The notes beneath the pieces were generated by a model that saw only the letters and a program-made list of their open reading frames with translations, was not told where the DNA came from and did no database searches. Positions 1-12,500 of a DNA stretch of 64,000 bases are shown here, in pieces. Origin of the DNA: Lingula anatina (lineage: Eukaryota > Animalia > Brachiopoda); contig CM120642.1 of the NCBI GenBank assembly GCA_051362555.1, positions 3,162,001 through 3,226,000 on the forward strand, in the 5' to 3' direction. The translations under genes were made by a program, and so were the position numbers. Each line of letters starts with the position of its first letter. Positions within the stretch are counted from its first letter, which is position 1.

Positions 1-555
1 TTGTAAAGATATCAGCAATGGCTTGCCAGGTTTGAAGCTCTCCTTTAGGTGTTTGTGACAGAAGTTTCCAGTTTTCACTTAAATGTAATGTATTATCTCC
101 TTCACCATTATGCAGCAGTTCTAACAGCTCTGTATTTAGAAGACTGGCAAAAGCTTTATGAAGGGAGGCAAGTTTCAAAATTTTTTGCTTCAAATTTCTG
201 CACACTTTTGCATTTTTAACTGAATCACAGCCTACACAAAGAAGCATGGAAGCAAGTTTTTTCTGCTCATCTTTCTTTACTTTTGTAAAAAGTTCAGGAG
301 AAGGTTCAAGTAATTTTACAATATCCTCCACATGCTTCTTATCTGCTGGAGTGTTTTTTGATGAAAGCAAAGACTGGAGCTTCACTATGTGGAGTGATTT
401 TTCATTTTCAGGACTTGGTTTAGTATTCATAGAGTTTGTAGTTTCATCAGCTTCACTGTCATGATAAAGATCAACTTCTACATAACTACATGTATTGGCC
501 TCTCCCTTTTTTAGCCATGCTTGGTAGGTCTGGTCACTCTGGTGTTCATTTTCAT
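1..555 (-). CDS. Large coding exon of unknown function, open to the window edge
   Basis: Acceptor TTCTTCAG, phase 1, about 185 stop-free codons (DENEHQSDQTYQAWLKKG...WQAIADIFT). Confidence 0.75.
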
Positions 556-3500
556 CTGAAGAAATTGTATTGTTATCCATCACAAGTGCATAGATAATAT
601 TTATTATCCCAAGATAAAATTGAGAAAAAATAGTATGGCCTTTTGTATAAGCATGTTTGAGTTCTAATCTTTATATAAAAACAAGGCAGCAAAGCTGTCA
701 AATGTACAGACAAAAAGCAGAAAATAACAATGCACAAAAAAAAAAAAAAAAAAAAAATGCCAATATACGAAAAAATCAAATTTTCACAAAAAATGAATAA
801 CTTCTAGAAAAACTAGAGGATCAGAGAGGCGATACCGCCTCCGAATATTGTACCACCAGCTGGAGTAAGCGCGATCGTATAGACCCCACACACACAAAAA
901 AGGATACCAACACCAGTCTTATGCTTGACAAGTTGTAAAAAATGCAATCAACAAGAATTCTCAAAATATGCAAAAAATATATATAACTAAAAATGGTACA
1001 AAGTTCAGTTCATAGTAAGGTAGGTCAAAGATCAATTTCAAGGTCACAGTAAATTTCCAGTATATGACTTCCTATTCAAGTTCAATAGCAACTATGGACC
1101 TATCTCTGCCAGTTTTGGAGATAAAGGGAACCAAAATTTGCAAAGATCAATTCGTGATGAAAAGTAGGTCAAAGGTCAATTTCAAGGTCACAGTAAATTG
1201 CCTCTGATGACTTTCTATTCAAATTCAATAGTAACTATGGGCGTATCTCTGCCAGTTTTGAAAATAAAAGCATTAAAAAGTTGCAAAGTTCAGTTTATGG
1301 TGTAAAGTAGGTCAAAGGTCAATTTCAAGGTCACATTTAGATTGCCAGTACATGACTTCCTATTCAAGTTCAATAGTAACTATGGACCTATCTCTGCCAG
1401 TTTTTGAGATAATAGGGCACCAAAATTTGCAAAGTTCAATTCATAATGAAAAGTAGGTCAAAGGTCAATTTCAAAGTCACATTTAGATTGCCAGTATATG
1501 ACTTCCTATTCAAGTTCAATAGTAACTATGGACCTATCTCTGCCAGTTTTGGAGATATAAGGGACTAAATGTTATAATTTTGGAGTTACATTAATGTGCC
1601 ATAAATTTCGTACAGAAAAAATTAATTAAAATAAAGAAAAGGTCATTTTGGTCAAAATTCTTGAAATGGGAGGTGCTCTGAAGTTCCAGATGTTCAAATT
1701 TGATGAAATAATGTCATTTTTGACCACAAGTTGTCTGCCTCGCCAAGCCTTATGTTATATTTTTCCGGGGTTCAAAATTTATTATCCATTACTGTACTGC
1801 ACATTTTGCTTTCACCACCAATATGTACTTTTTGATACAGCGTAACTTGAAAACCGTATGGAATACAAAAAAACGGAGACCACCAGCAGTGTTGGGCTTT
1901 ACATGCTCTACAAAATGCAAAAAAGAATGGTGTAGAGCCGCATTTTGCAACCGACCCCATTTTGCAACCGGTTGCAAAATACGTTCAGTTGCAAAATGCG
2001 GTTTTACTAAGTAGAGCCGCATTTTGCAACTGAACGCATTTTGCAACTGCAACGCATTTTGCAACCAAAGAAAATCGTGAAAACGCATTTTGCAACCGCA
2101 ACGCATTTTGCAACCAGTATTTTTTTCTAAGTCCCTGAAACAGTTTGAAGTACGAGACAGGTAGAATTGGAGTGGGGACGGGTTTGCTTCGACTATGTAT
2201 GCTGAAACTGGCCAGGCTGCCCCTGAGGTGGACGATAATATAAAATTTATTTCACATTGTAATTTCCTAGTGGATTCTGCTGTATTTGGCGGTGCATACT
2301 AATTTTAATTATTCAAATTGCACACGTCCACTTACGTAAGTTACATAACTACAGGTAAGGCCATAAAACGAGTCGAGTGCACAAGCAATCGACTCTAATC
2401 AAATTAATTTACATGTCTGGGAATTATATTTGTGAACACTACAAGCTGTCTTCGAGTTAAGAAGGAAGGGGAATGCAAAGAAAGCAGCAGACAGCACTTA
2501 ATACAGACCTTCAGCGGTATGCTTGAATGTAGGTCAAGTTAATTAAAAACCCATGCAAGACCCCATACTTTCAGGAATTCTTGTGCATAGCCTCTGTATA
2601 GCAACACACATGCTAATTACTATTTATGATTCATTAACATATTTGTTTTGTATTACGACACAACGGCTAGTTGAACGCCAGGATTTCTGAGTGTGTAGGG
2701 CCTTATTGTTAGCATGGGTCAAAAGGACAGCTTTAACTGGATTCCTTGACCTATATTCATGCCTACGACTGTAAGTGCGTTTAGTGCTATGTGCGCTGCT
2801 GCTGTTCCCTATATTCCTCAAAGACCCATGTACATTCATTATCAATCCCCAACATTTCATGTTCCTAACTCTAAGGCTAGATAGTAGAAGTAACGGTGCA
2901 AAAAATAGAATCAACCACCCCCAGGGACGGCCACACCCATCAATACCCCAGAAGGATCCATACATATCTCTAAAGACATGTTTTCAATTCCCATAGCCTT
3001 CCGTTCCTAACTTATATGGTCTAAAGTTAGATAGCAGAAATTACAACGTCTAATTATATTTAACCACCCCCAGGACCACACCCTAAGTCAAAAAAATTAA
3101 ATGCCATTCAACATCCCAAATTATACTGTAGCTACGTTTCATGCTTTAACTCAAATGGCCGATACAATGGGCAGATAGCAGAAAATACGTTGTAAAATTA
3201 GAATCAACCACCCCAGGGACAACCACACCCATGTCACAATAAATTTCCGAAGTGCCCATGCACATTTCTTACGATAGTGTATTAATCCCCAACGTTTTTA
3301 TTTCCTAATTCTGAAAATATAAGGGTAGATAGGAGAAAAATACGAAGTAAAAAGTACAATCAACCACCCCTAGGGACGGTCACACCCCAAATTTAAAAAA
3401 AATCCGAAATCCCATGCATATGCCTAACAAAATGTTTATTAACGTTTAGAGTTCCTAACTCTGATGGTTTAGGAAATTACAGTGTGAAATAAGTTTTATA

Positions 3501-6500
3501 TTTTCATCCACCCCAGGGGCAGCCTGGCCAGTTTCAGCATACATAGTCGAAGCAAACCTGTCCCCACTCCAATTCTACCTGTCTCGTACTTCAAGCTGTT
3601 TCAGGGACTTAGAAATAAATCCTGGTTGCAAAATGCGTTGCAGTTGCAAAATGCATTTTCACAATTTTCTTTGGTTGCAAAATGCGTTGCAGTTGCAAAA
3701 TGCGTTCAGTTGCAAAATGCGGCTCTACTTAGTAGGACCGCATTTTGCAACTGAACGTATTTTGCAACCAGTTGCAAAATGCGGTCGGTTGCAAAATGCG
3801 GCTCTACAATGGGTCTCTAGCATTCGGTTCCCAAATTAGAGACAATTTTCAGTTTCGGTATCTTATGGCCGCTACTCCCATGAAAATGCACCGATTGACC
3901 CCAAATTCACGGAGATGAAAGATGACCCAAAGTGTAACACTTTCCAATAATATTATTGGTTAAGTCTGTGTGGTGTCTGATTAACAGCGCAAATAATTTT
4001 TTTGACCTTGAAATAAAGGTCAAAGGTCAAATCCAAGGGCATATTTGAAATCTACACATATGACTTTTGGAAAGCCGTCTGTAGAAATTTTTCCCATAAT
4101 TCCTACCGTAGGGTAGATAATTAGCATTTAATTTTGCCATTTTTGGACAAGGGTGCATTGCAATGAGTGCCACACCTAGACCCCAATACCGACAAAGCCC
4201 AAATTTTACGTGTAACGAGTTGAGATAATAGGTGACCTAAATCCAAGAGATGGGTATGGAGGCCCTTACCGTCTAGGAGGAGAAGCGGTAACGGTAACAT
4301 GGCGGCGGAGCCAACGGAGCCGGCGGAGCCAGCGTAACAGACCGGACGGGACTAAAACCATGTGTACCGCCAGCGTCAACGCTGATGGTACAATTAACTA
4401 AACAGACTGTTTTTCCAAAGGAAGTTGCATTTAAGGCCCGTGTTTCTTTTTTGTAAATTTGAGAAGAATGAGTAATATGGTTTTCTTTAATGGGCACTAT
4501 GGCGACAGTGCCTAGAATAGAGTTTTCTTAAGTTTTGATGCATTATGTCTATCAATTTTTAATGATAGAATAGAAGTATTATGAATATTCAGAAAATGTG
4601 AATTTTTACCTTTCAAATTATATTTTGTATTTCCCAGACATCTTTTATTGCTGTCTGAGTCATTGCCACTGCCACTGTCCTCTCCAGAGTAATATTTCTC
4701 ATAGTCTTTATAATTAGCATCAGAAGACAAGGTGTCACACACCACTGGTCTTTGAATAAGTTCCTGACACACTGGGAGACCTTCCATTGTTAGTAGATCA
4801 GCCACAGTCTCTGTAAGTAATATGGATGGCTATGAAAAAATAGTTGCAGTTGTTAACTGTATAAAACTGAAAAAATACAATAGTACTTCGTAATAGTTAA
4901 TAATAGCTATGACAACTTATTTAATGACAGTTGATGATTAAGCATGATTTTAAGATTAGGTATGTAAGAAAATAAAAAGAAAATTATCAATACCTATTCA
5001 GAGTGCATAATCTGATACATTTTAGGAAGGGTGTAACTGTTCAGTTTATATTTTTCTAAATAATTTAAAAACCAGTAATATTCAGCTAAAGTATATTTCT
5101 CACCAGCAAATGTTGATTGATGCATCATGTACAAAGCAGTAAGCAGTTGTGCTGTGATTTGTTCAACAGGTTGGTCATAGTTCCTCTCTAGGAAACTTTC
5201 TAAGCATTCTAAACACTGTGCTTCTTCTTCATTAGGGTGCTGGGACATAATGGCTTGTGTATCTTCCTCTGTAAACTTTAAATGCAAAGCCAACTCCTTC
5301 CACATGCATGACACACGGGGTGATATGTGTGTAAATATGGATCCCCAAACTTCACACTAAAATATTAAAATAATACTTGACAGTGTGAGAAAAGTGGTCA
5401 GTTTAGGAAGATATGATGGGATAAATGCATATTCAAACTAGAGGATCAGAGAGGCGATACCGCCTCCGAATATTGTACCACCAGCTGGAGCAAGCGCATT
5501 CGTATAGACCCCAACATACACAAAATAAGGGACACAGCCACCAGTCTTTTGCTTGACAAGCTGTAAAAATGCACTCAACAAGAATTTTCAAAATATGCAA
5601 AAAAATATATCAAAAGTTCATCAAAAGGTAGGTCAAAGGTCAATGTCACATTAAGATTGCCAGTATATGACTTCCTATTCAAGTTCAATAGTAACTATGG
5701 ACCTATCTCTGCCAGTTTTGGAGATAAAAGGGAAGCAAAATTTGGAAAGTTCAGTTCATGGTGAAAAGTAGGTCAAAGGTCAATTTCAAGGTCACATTTA
5801 GATTGCCAGTGTATGACTTCCTATTCAAGTTCAATAGTAACTATGGACCTATCTCTGCCAGTTTTGGAGATAAAAGGGAAGCAAAATTTGGAAAGTTCAG
5901 TTCATGGTGAAAAGTAGGTCAAAGGTCAATTTCAAGGTCACATTTAGATTGCCAGTGTATGACTTCCTATTCAAGTTCAATAGTAAGTATGGACCTATCT
6001 CTGCCAGTTTTGGAGATAAAAGGGAAGCAAAATTTGCAAAATTCAGTTCATGGTGAAAAGTAGGTCAAAGGTCAATTTCAAGGTCACATTTAGATTGCCA
6101 GTGTATGACTTCCTATTCAACTTCAATAGTAACTTTGGACCTATCTCTGCCAGTTTTGGAGATAAAAGGGCAGCAAAATTTGCAAAGTTTAGTTCATTGT
6201 GATAAGTAGGTCAAAGGTCAATTTCAAGGTCACATTTGGATTGCCAGTATATGACTTCCTATTTAAGTTCAATAGTAACTATGGACCTATCTCTGCCAGT
6301 TTTGGAGAAAAAAGGGAAGCAAAATTTGCAAAGGTTAGTTCATGGTGAAAAGTAGGTCAAAGGTCAATTTCAAGGTCACATTTAGATTGCCAGTATATGA
6401 CTTCCTATTCAAGTTCAATAGTAACTATGGACCTATCTCTGCCAGTTTTGGAGATAAAAGGGAAGCAAAATATGCAAAGTTTAGTTCATGGTGAAAAGTA

Positions 6501-9500
6501 GTCAGGCGGCTAAGTCCAAATTTTATCCAGAATTGTGCAAAAGATGATAAAAGCATGAAATTTTCCACGATGAATGACCATTGGGTGTTTGTCAACCCCC
6601 CGATCCAAAATAGACGAACACCCAATGGTCATTCATCGTGGAAAGTTTCATGCTTTTATCATCTATTGCACAATTCTGGATAAAATTTGGACTTAGCCAA
6701 CTGACTATACCGCACTGCACATTTTGCTTTCACCACCAATATGTACTTTTTGATAGCGTAACTCGAAAACCGTTTGGAATACAAAAAAACGGAGACCACT
6801 TTCAGTGTTGGGCTTTACATGCTCTACAAAGTGCAAAAAAGAATGGGTCTCTAGCATTAACGGTTCCCGAATTAGAGACAGTTTTCAGTTTCGGCATCTT
6901 ATGGCCGCTACTCCCGTGAAAATGCACCGATTGGCCCCAAATTCACGGAGATGAGAGATGACCTGAAGGGTAACACTTTCCAATAATATTATTGATTTAG
7001 TCTGTGTGGTGTCTGAATAATAGGGCAAAATATTTTTTTTTCGTAAAAAATTATTTTTTTGAAAATTTTGGCCCGTTTGACCTTGAAGTAAAGGTCAAAG
7101 GTTAAATCCAAGGGCATATTTGAAATCTACACATATGACTTTTGGAAAGCCGTCTGTAGAAATTTTTCCCATAACCCCTTCCGTAGGGTAGATAATTAGC
7201 ATTTAATTTTGCCATTTTTGGACAAGGGTGCATTGCAATGAGTGCCACACCTAGACCCAATACCGACAAAGCCCAAATTTTACGTGGAACGAGTTGAGAT
7301 TATAGGTGACCTAAATCCAAGAGATGGGTACCGTCTAGGAGGAGAAGCGGTAATGGTTGCCGTCCGGCAGAGCCGGCGGAGCGATCCGGATGGGACTGAA
7401 ACCATGTGTACCGCCAGCGCTAACGCTGGTGGTACAATAATGCATGATTTGCTTGCAAAGAATTATATATTTTGATTAAGATCTTTTGGCTTTTCGTCTA
7501 TAAAATAATTTAAAATGAAAAAAAAAATAATAATTTGATTCCTATATATGAATTACCATTGCAGCAGTTTCTTTTTCTGACTTCATGATGTAGTAACTGT
7601 TTTGATAATGTACTGTTCCAAGTTCCACTTTAGTGCTTTGCTCAACAACCAGTGGTCTCTCTTGCTTTACTTTAGTGCCAGATGTAGAGGGCAATTCTAT
7701 ATTGGTTTTTGTTTCTGGTTCTCCTACAAGACAGGGTTGGATGAAAAAATTGCAAATTGTAATTTTTATTACACTGATGATATAAAAATGTTAATATAAC
7801 ATTCATGTACATATAGGCATGTCATCTGATATTTTACTTCGAAAAAAATATTTAGTGTGTACATTTTTACAGTGGCCCACAAGTGCACTCCAAATTCCAA
7901 ACGACACTCCCAATTCTAAACCTCACTCCGAATATTTAAACTTCACTCTCAATTCTTAAACCTCACTCCGAATATTTAAACTTCACTCTCAATTCTTAAA
8001 CCTCACTCCGAATATTTAAACTTCACTCTCAATTCTTAAACCTCACTCCGAATTCGTAAACCCCACTCCGAATTCGCAAACCTCACTCCGAATTCGTAAA
8101 CCCCACTCCGAATTCACAAACCTCACTCCGAATTCGTAAACCCCACTCCGAATTCGTAAACCTCACTCCGAATTGAAAAAGCTCACTCCGAATTCGTAAA
8201 CCTCACTCCGAATTCGTAAACCCCACTCCGAATTCGTAAACCTCACTCCGGATTGAAAAAGCTCACTCCGAATTCGTAAACCTCACTCCGAATTCGTAAA
8301 CCCCACTCCAAATTCGTAAACCTCACTCCGAATTGAAAAAGCTCACTCCGAATTCGTAAACCTCACTCCGAATTCATATTTTAACCTCGTTCACTGCCGT
8401 ATAAAGTCGGAAGTAATATTCTAAGATGGGCTAGGGGATTTTGCCAATAGAGGGCTTCGTGTGAAAACTAGTTATTTTTCATACTACTTGGTGCACTGTA
8501 TTCCCATTTACAAAATGATGACGTAGATGTATGACCCTTTTAAGCTCAAGGAAATAGAAGAAATGAAGAAAATAGGGATAAACATACATGTACTTAACAG
8601 CAAGTCACAATTAAAATATATTATGTTTACGTGTTTTCTTGTGTGTGTCGTTTTAAGGAATTATACATGTATTATGAATATGAGAACAGAATTACGAGTT
8701 GAAACAGCGTTGGAAGGATCAGATTTATGCACTACATGTACATGTATGTAAATAAACGTGCGTTATTTATTATTTACAACTTCGAGCATTTTCACATGAT
8801 TATTTTGAAATGAATGTTTAATACAGATAACATGTTTCAGGGTGTCGACATTGGCTTATATTATTTATAAATGGGCAAAACAATCCGTATTATCATATAC
8901 TGTAGGCCTACACATGTACCTGTTATATAACCGAGTATACTTGATAATAGTAATTAGTAGCCCCTCACTCTTTTGCAGCTGAAATATTCATCTAAGATCA
9001 TAGATAATCTAATAATTGAAATTAATCAGATTAATTACACTTTTTTAATCGATTTCGAATGAATAACATGCAGTGGTGGATGGGGGGGGGGGGGGGGGAG
9101 GAGGCGTGTGAGGGGGGTCTTGACCCCCCTTTTGAATTCTATAAAAAAAAATCACACCAATGTTAAAATTAGAATTTTGAACAATAGTTCTAAAACGTAC
9201 CAAATAGCACTGTTCGCCCTATAAGGGGGGGGGGGGGGGCAGCTCTGCATGTGCAGCCTGTCATTCCAAAAAAAAAAAAAAAAAAAAACAGATCCCCCTT
9301 CAAATAATCCTGGATCCACCCCTGACATGTATGGATTATTAGTAGTATCAATCCTATGTTGAGAAAATTGGGAGCAGTGTCACTTAATTTGTCCTTTTAT
9401 TTATAATGGTAAACCTGTAAATTGCTTCTTGCCCCCAATTTGTGTCCCTGGCGAGAGAGAGTGTGTGAATGTGTGTGTGTGTAATTGTGAAAAATACTGA

Positions 9501-12500
9501 AAATAGCTGGAGAAGTCAATTGACCTTGTGACGTAAACTGTTGGTTTATTTTCGTAAGGTATGTATCATGCAAACCAAAATGTAACACAATTCGCACTGT
9601 TTGCTAAAACTCTCTCCAACCTTTCACTGGAAGCGCCCAGCTAAAAAAAAAAATTATTTGTCTCAGACGAATTACTGTTTCATAAGATTTCTCGAAGAGA
9701 ACTTTGATGAGAATGGGCAAAGTGGAATTGGGAGTGAGCGTTTTGAATTCGGAATGAGGTTTACGAATCCGGAGTGAGGTTTGCAAATTCGGAGTGAGCT
9801 TTTTGAATTCGGAGTGAGCTTTTTGAATTCAGAGTGAGGTTTACGAATACAGAGTGAGCTTTTTGAATTCGGAGTGAGGTTTACGAATTCGGAGTGAGGT
9901 TTGCGAATTCGGAGTGAGCTTTTTGAATTCGGAGTGAGGTTTACGAATTCGGAGTGAGGTTTACGAATTCGGAGTGAAGTTTAAGTATTCGGTGTGAGGT
10001 TTAGAATTGGGAGTGTCGTTTGGAATTTGGAGTGCACTTGTGGGCCACCGCACATTTTGGTATTATTTTGTATTCCATTTAATTTTGAAGTTTTGTTTAA
10101 GTTAGGAAGAAAATGATCTTTTGAAGTCTTCGATAATGTGTACAGCTACACAGTAATATAGTAGCATCAAATCAGTTTGATTGTGTTCTAAGGACCCACA
10201 TAGCCTTCTAAAAAACAACTGTTTTCTCCTGTTCAAATCATCCACTCCTATACAGATACAAGTAGCCAGTCACTTTCGTTTCACTTTGAGAGCAAAAACA
10301 TACCTGGTTTTGTGAAGAAATCCCAGGCTGTAGCCAACTCTTGTTCACAAATGTATACATCCACATATAACATCTCACCTCCTTCCATCTCTTCAAGTTC
10401 TTGGGTGATGTACTCTTGTGTCAGGAGCTTTGATAAATCCCCAGACTTGTACTCTGTCCAGAAACTTTGTAACTTCTCTGCAGCATCAAACATTAGCACA
10501 CACTCCACACAACCTTCATTCAGTGCAATAAGATGGGCCATACTTTTGATGAACATATCAGCTGCCCTCTTGAATCCAGCCAGGTTGTCCAAAATCCCTC
10601 TTGTAAAATGCCTGTCTGCTTTTTTAGCAATCTCTTTTGTTCTGAAGTATTTTGTGTGTAGTTTTGCATGGAGAGCTGGGAAAAGAAATAATTTACCTTG
10701 AGAAAAGGTATGCCCGATTGTCAGGAGGTTTATTTGATTTATTAATTTTAATTGTGTACAAATGCTCCAGACTGTTGAACACTCTGTTCCACACTCATGC
10801 TTGTTATATATATATATTTATGAAAAAATTACAATAGAAAGTTGACTTAATGTTTCCCTTTTGAAATAATTTCTTCTCATATTTGAAATCTTTTTCATGT
10901 GCTTTCATATTCTCATTTATTAATAAGTGCATGATCTGCTTTTCCATCTCCATTACTTTGTCTGTCAATTCCTCATCGCTGTCTTCCTGCTCACATTGCC
11001 AGTTGGTGATTGTACTGCATATGTCATAGGCCTTGAAGCTGAAAGTTTCAAGTTCTGAACACCCCCCCCCCCCCCCCCCCCCAAATGATTAGTTGTTGTA
11101 AACTGAATTTCCTTACATTAAATTGGTTGTCTTTAGGCATATTAATATCAGAACTTAGTGTAAGACCAATAACTGACTATTTGATTTTACACATGAAAGA
11201 ATGTAACAATATGATCTTACAGAATGTAACTAGGGGCAGATTTGGATATCTTATAGGGCAAATCAGCAGTTAAAAGTTACTGCTGGTGTACATGTGACTT
11301 CTCAGGTGCGTAGCCAGGGGGGTTTGGGGGGTTTGGGAGGTTCGAAAGAAATGCCCCTTTTCCTGGGAAAAGGTCCACTCTGGGTAAAATTTGATCTAGG
11401 TACATGAAGTTTTTATGGGAAAAGGTCCACCTTTTCAGAAAAAGAACACCCCTTTTGAAATTGCTGGCTACGGATCTGCTTCTGCTTAATAATTTACATT
11501 GGAGCAGTCCAAGCATGTAACTCATAGACAGAATACTGGTACAGCCTCTTTGTTATACATTTAGATTTTTTAAAAATGCAAATAAGCCCAATAAAAAGTG
11601 GACTAATATGTTGCAAAGCTGAAGTTTTAACAGACATACTAGCTGTTGCTAGTCTAAGATTTATTTATAGATGACTTTATTAATTTATTTATAGATAACT
11701 TTAATAATTTATTTTTACCTGTTTTAAATAGATCAGTGTTTGTTAGTGGACAAACATCATTTTGTTTTTCACATGATTCAGCCTTTATGGTTATCTCTTC
11801 AGCTTCTGCAAGGAAAAGTACACCATGAATATACATACAGTAGGTATTGACACAGCTGTTTTGGTATTCAATGTTTCATATCTGAATGCCTATTTTGGTG
11901 ATTTTTTGTTACTTATTTACTAAGTTATGCTCATATACTTAATATATGGGTTTTACTTGGGTTTCTGATAAATTTAATTATAAAAAATCGCCTGAGAATC
12001 ATTGTGATGCTAAATTATATGTTATTACCTTTTAAGTTAAGATCTTTATTTTTCTGTGGGCAAATTTCTATTTGATTTTTGCATGGTTCAGGATTCATGG
12101 TTGCCTCTTCATTTTCTGAAATATATTGGATAATAATAAGATTCCATTTCCATGTGTTTTGATACAGTTGCTAAGATACAGTTGCTGTGATAAGATGGTA
12201 CTAGCTTGTACCACGTACTCGGTGTAAACTTTGAATTTTGCATCCTTGACAAAATATTAATAAATCATGTAAAATTACCAAGGCAAACTTGGTAAAATTT
12301 TTGATTGGCCATTTTAAAAGAAGTTTAATTTCTTTGAGAGAAACATTTCTATAGTAGCATTCTGAATGCTTTTCAATCACAAAAAATATGATATGATATA
12401 GTTTAAAGGGATCTGATTCTTGATAAAATAACTGTATCAGGTAGGACATTCCTTATAGGAAAAGTTTGTAAGCCCATTTTCAATCAAGAGCCATACTGGA

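Larger units (their letters stand above)
678..4600 (+). mobile_element. Fragment of Helentron/HINE-like family B, split by a nested family A element
   Basis: 678-810 and 4396-4600 match contiguous sequence at 51613-51950 (aaacaaggcagcaaagctgtcaaatgtacagac...aaacagactg...ttcagaaaatgtga). Confidence 0.7.

Noticed and set aside
1648-3839. Several short ORFs (MRCGCKMRF..., etc.)
   Set aside because: They arise from TIR subrepeats and show no protein motifs.
7920-8375. 20-bp repeat array as iterons or CRISPR
   Set aside because: It is mirrored at 9730-10010 as the arm of a TIR transposon.
10312-10701. 129-aa plus-strand ORF
   Set aside because: It is the antisense shadow of the TRADD-N-like exon.
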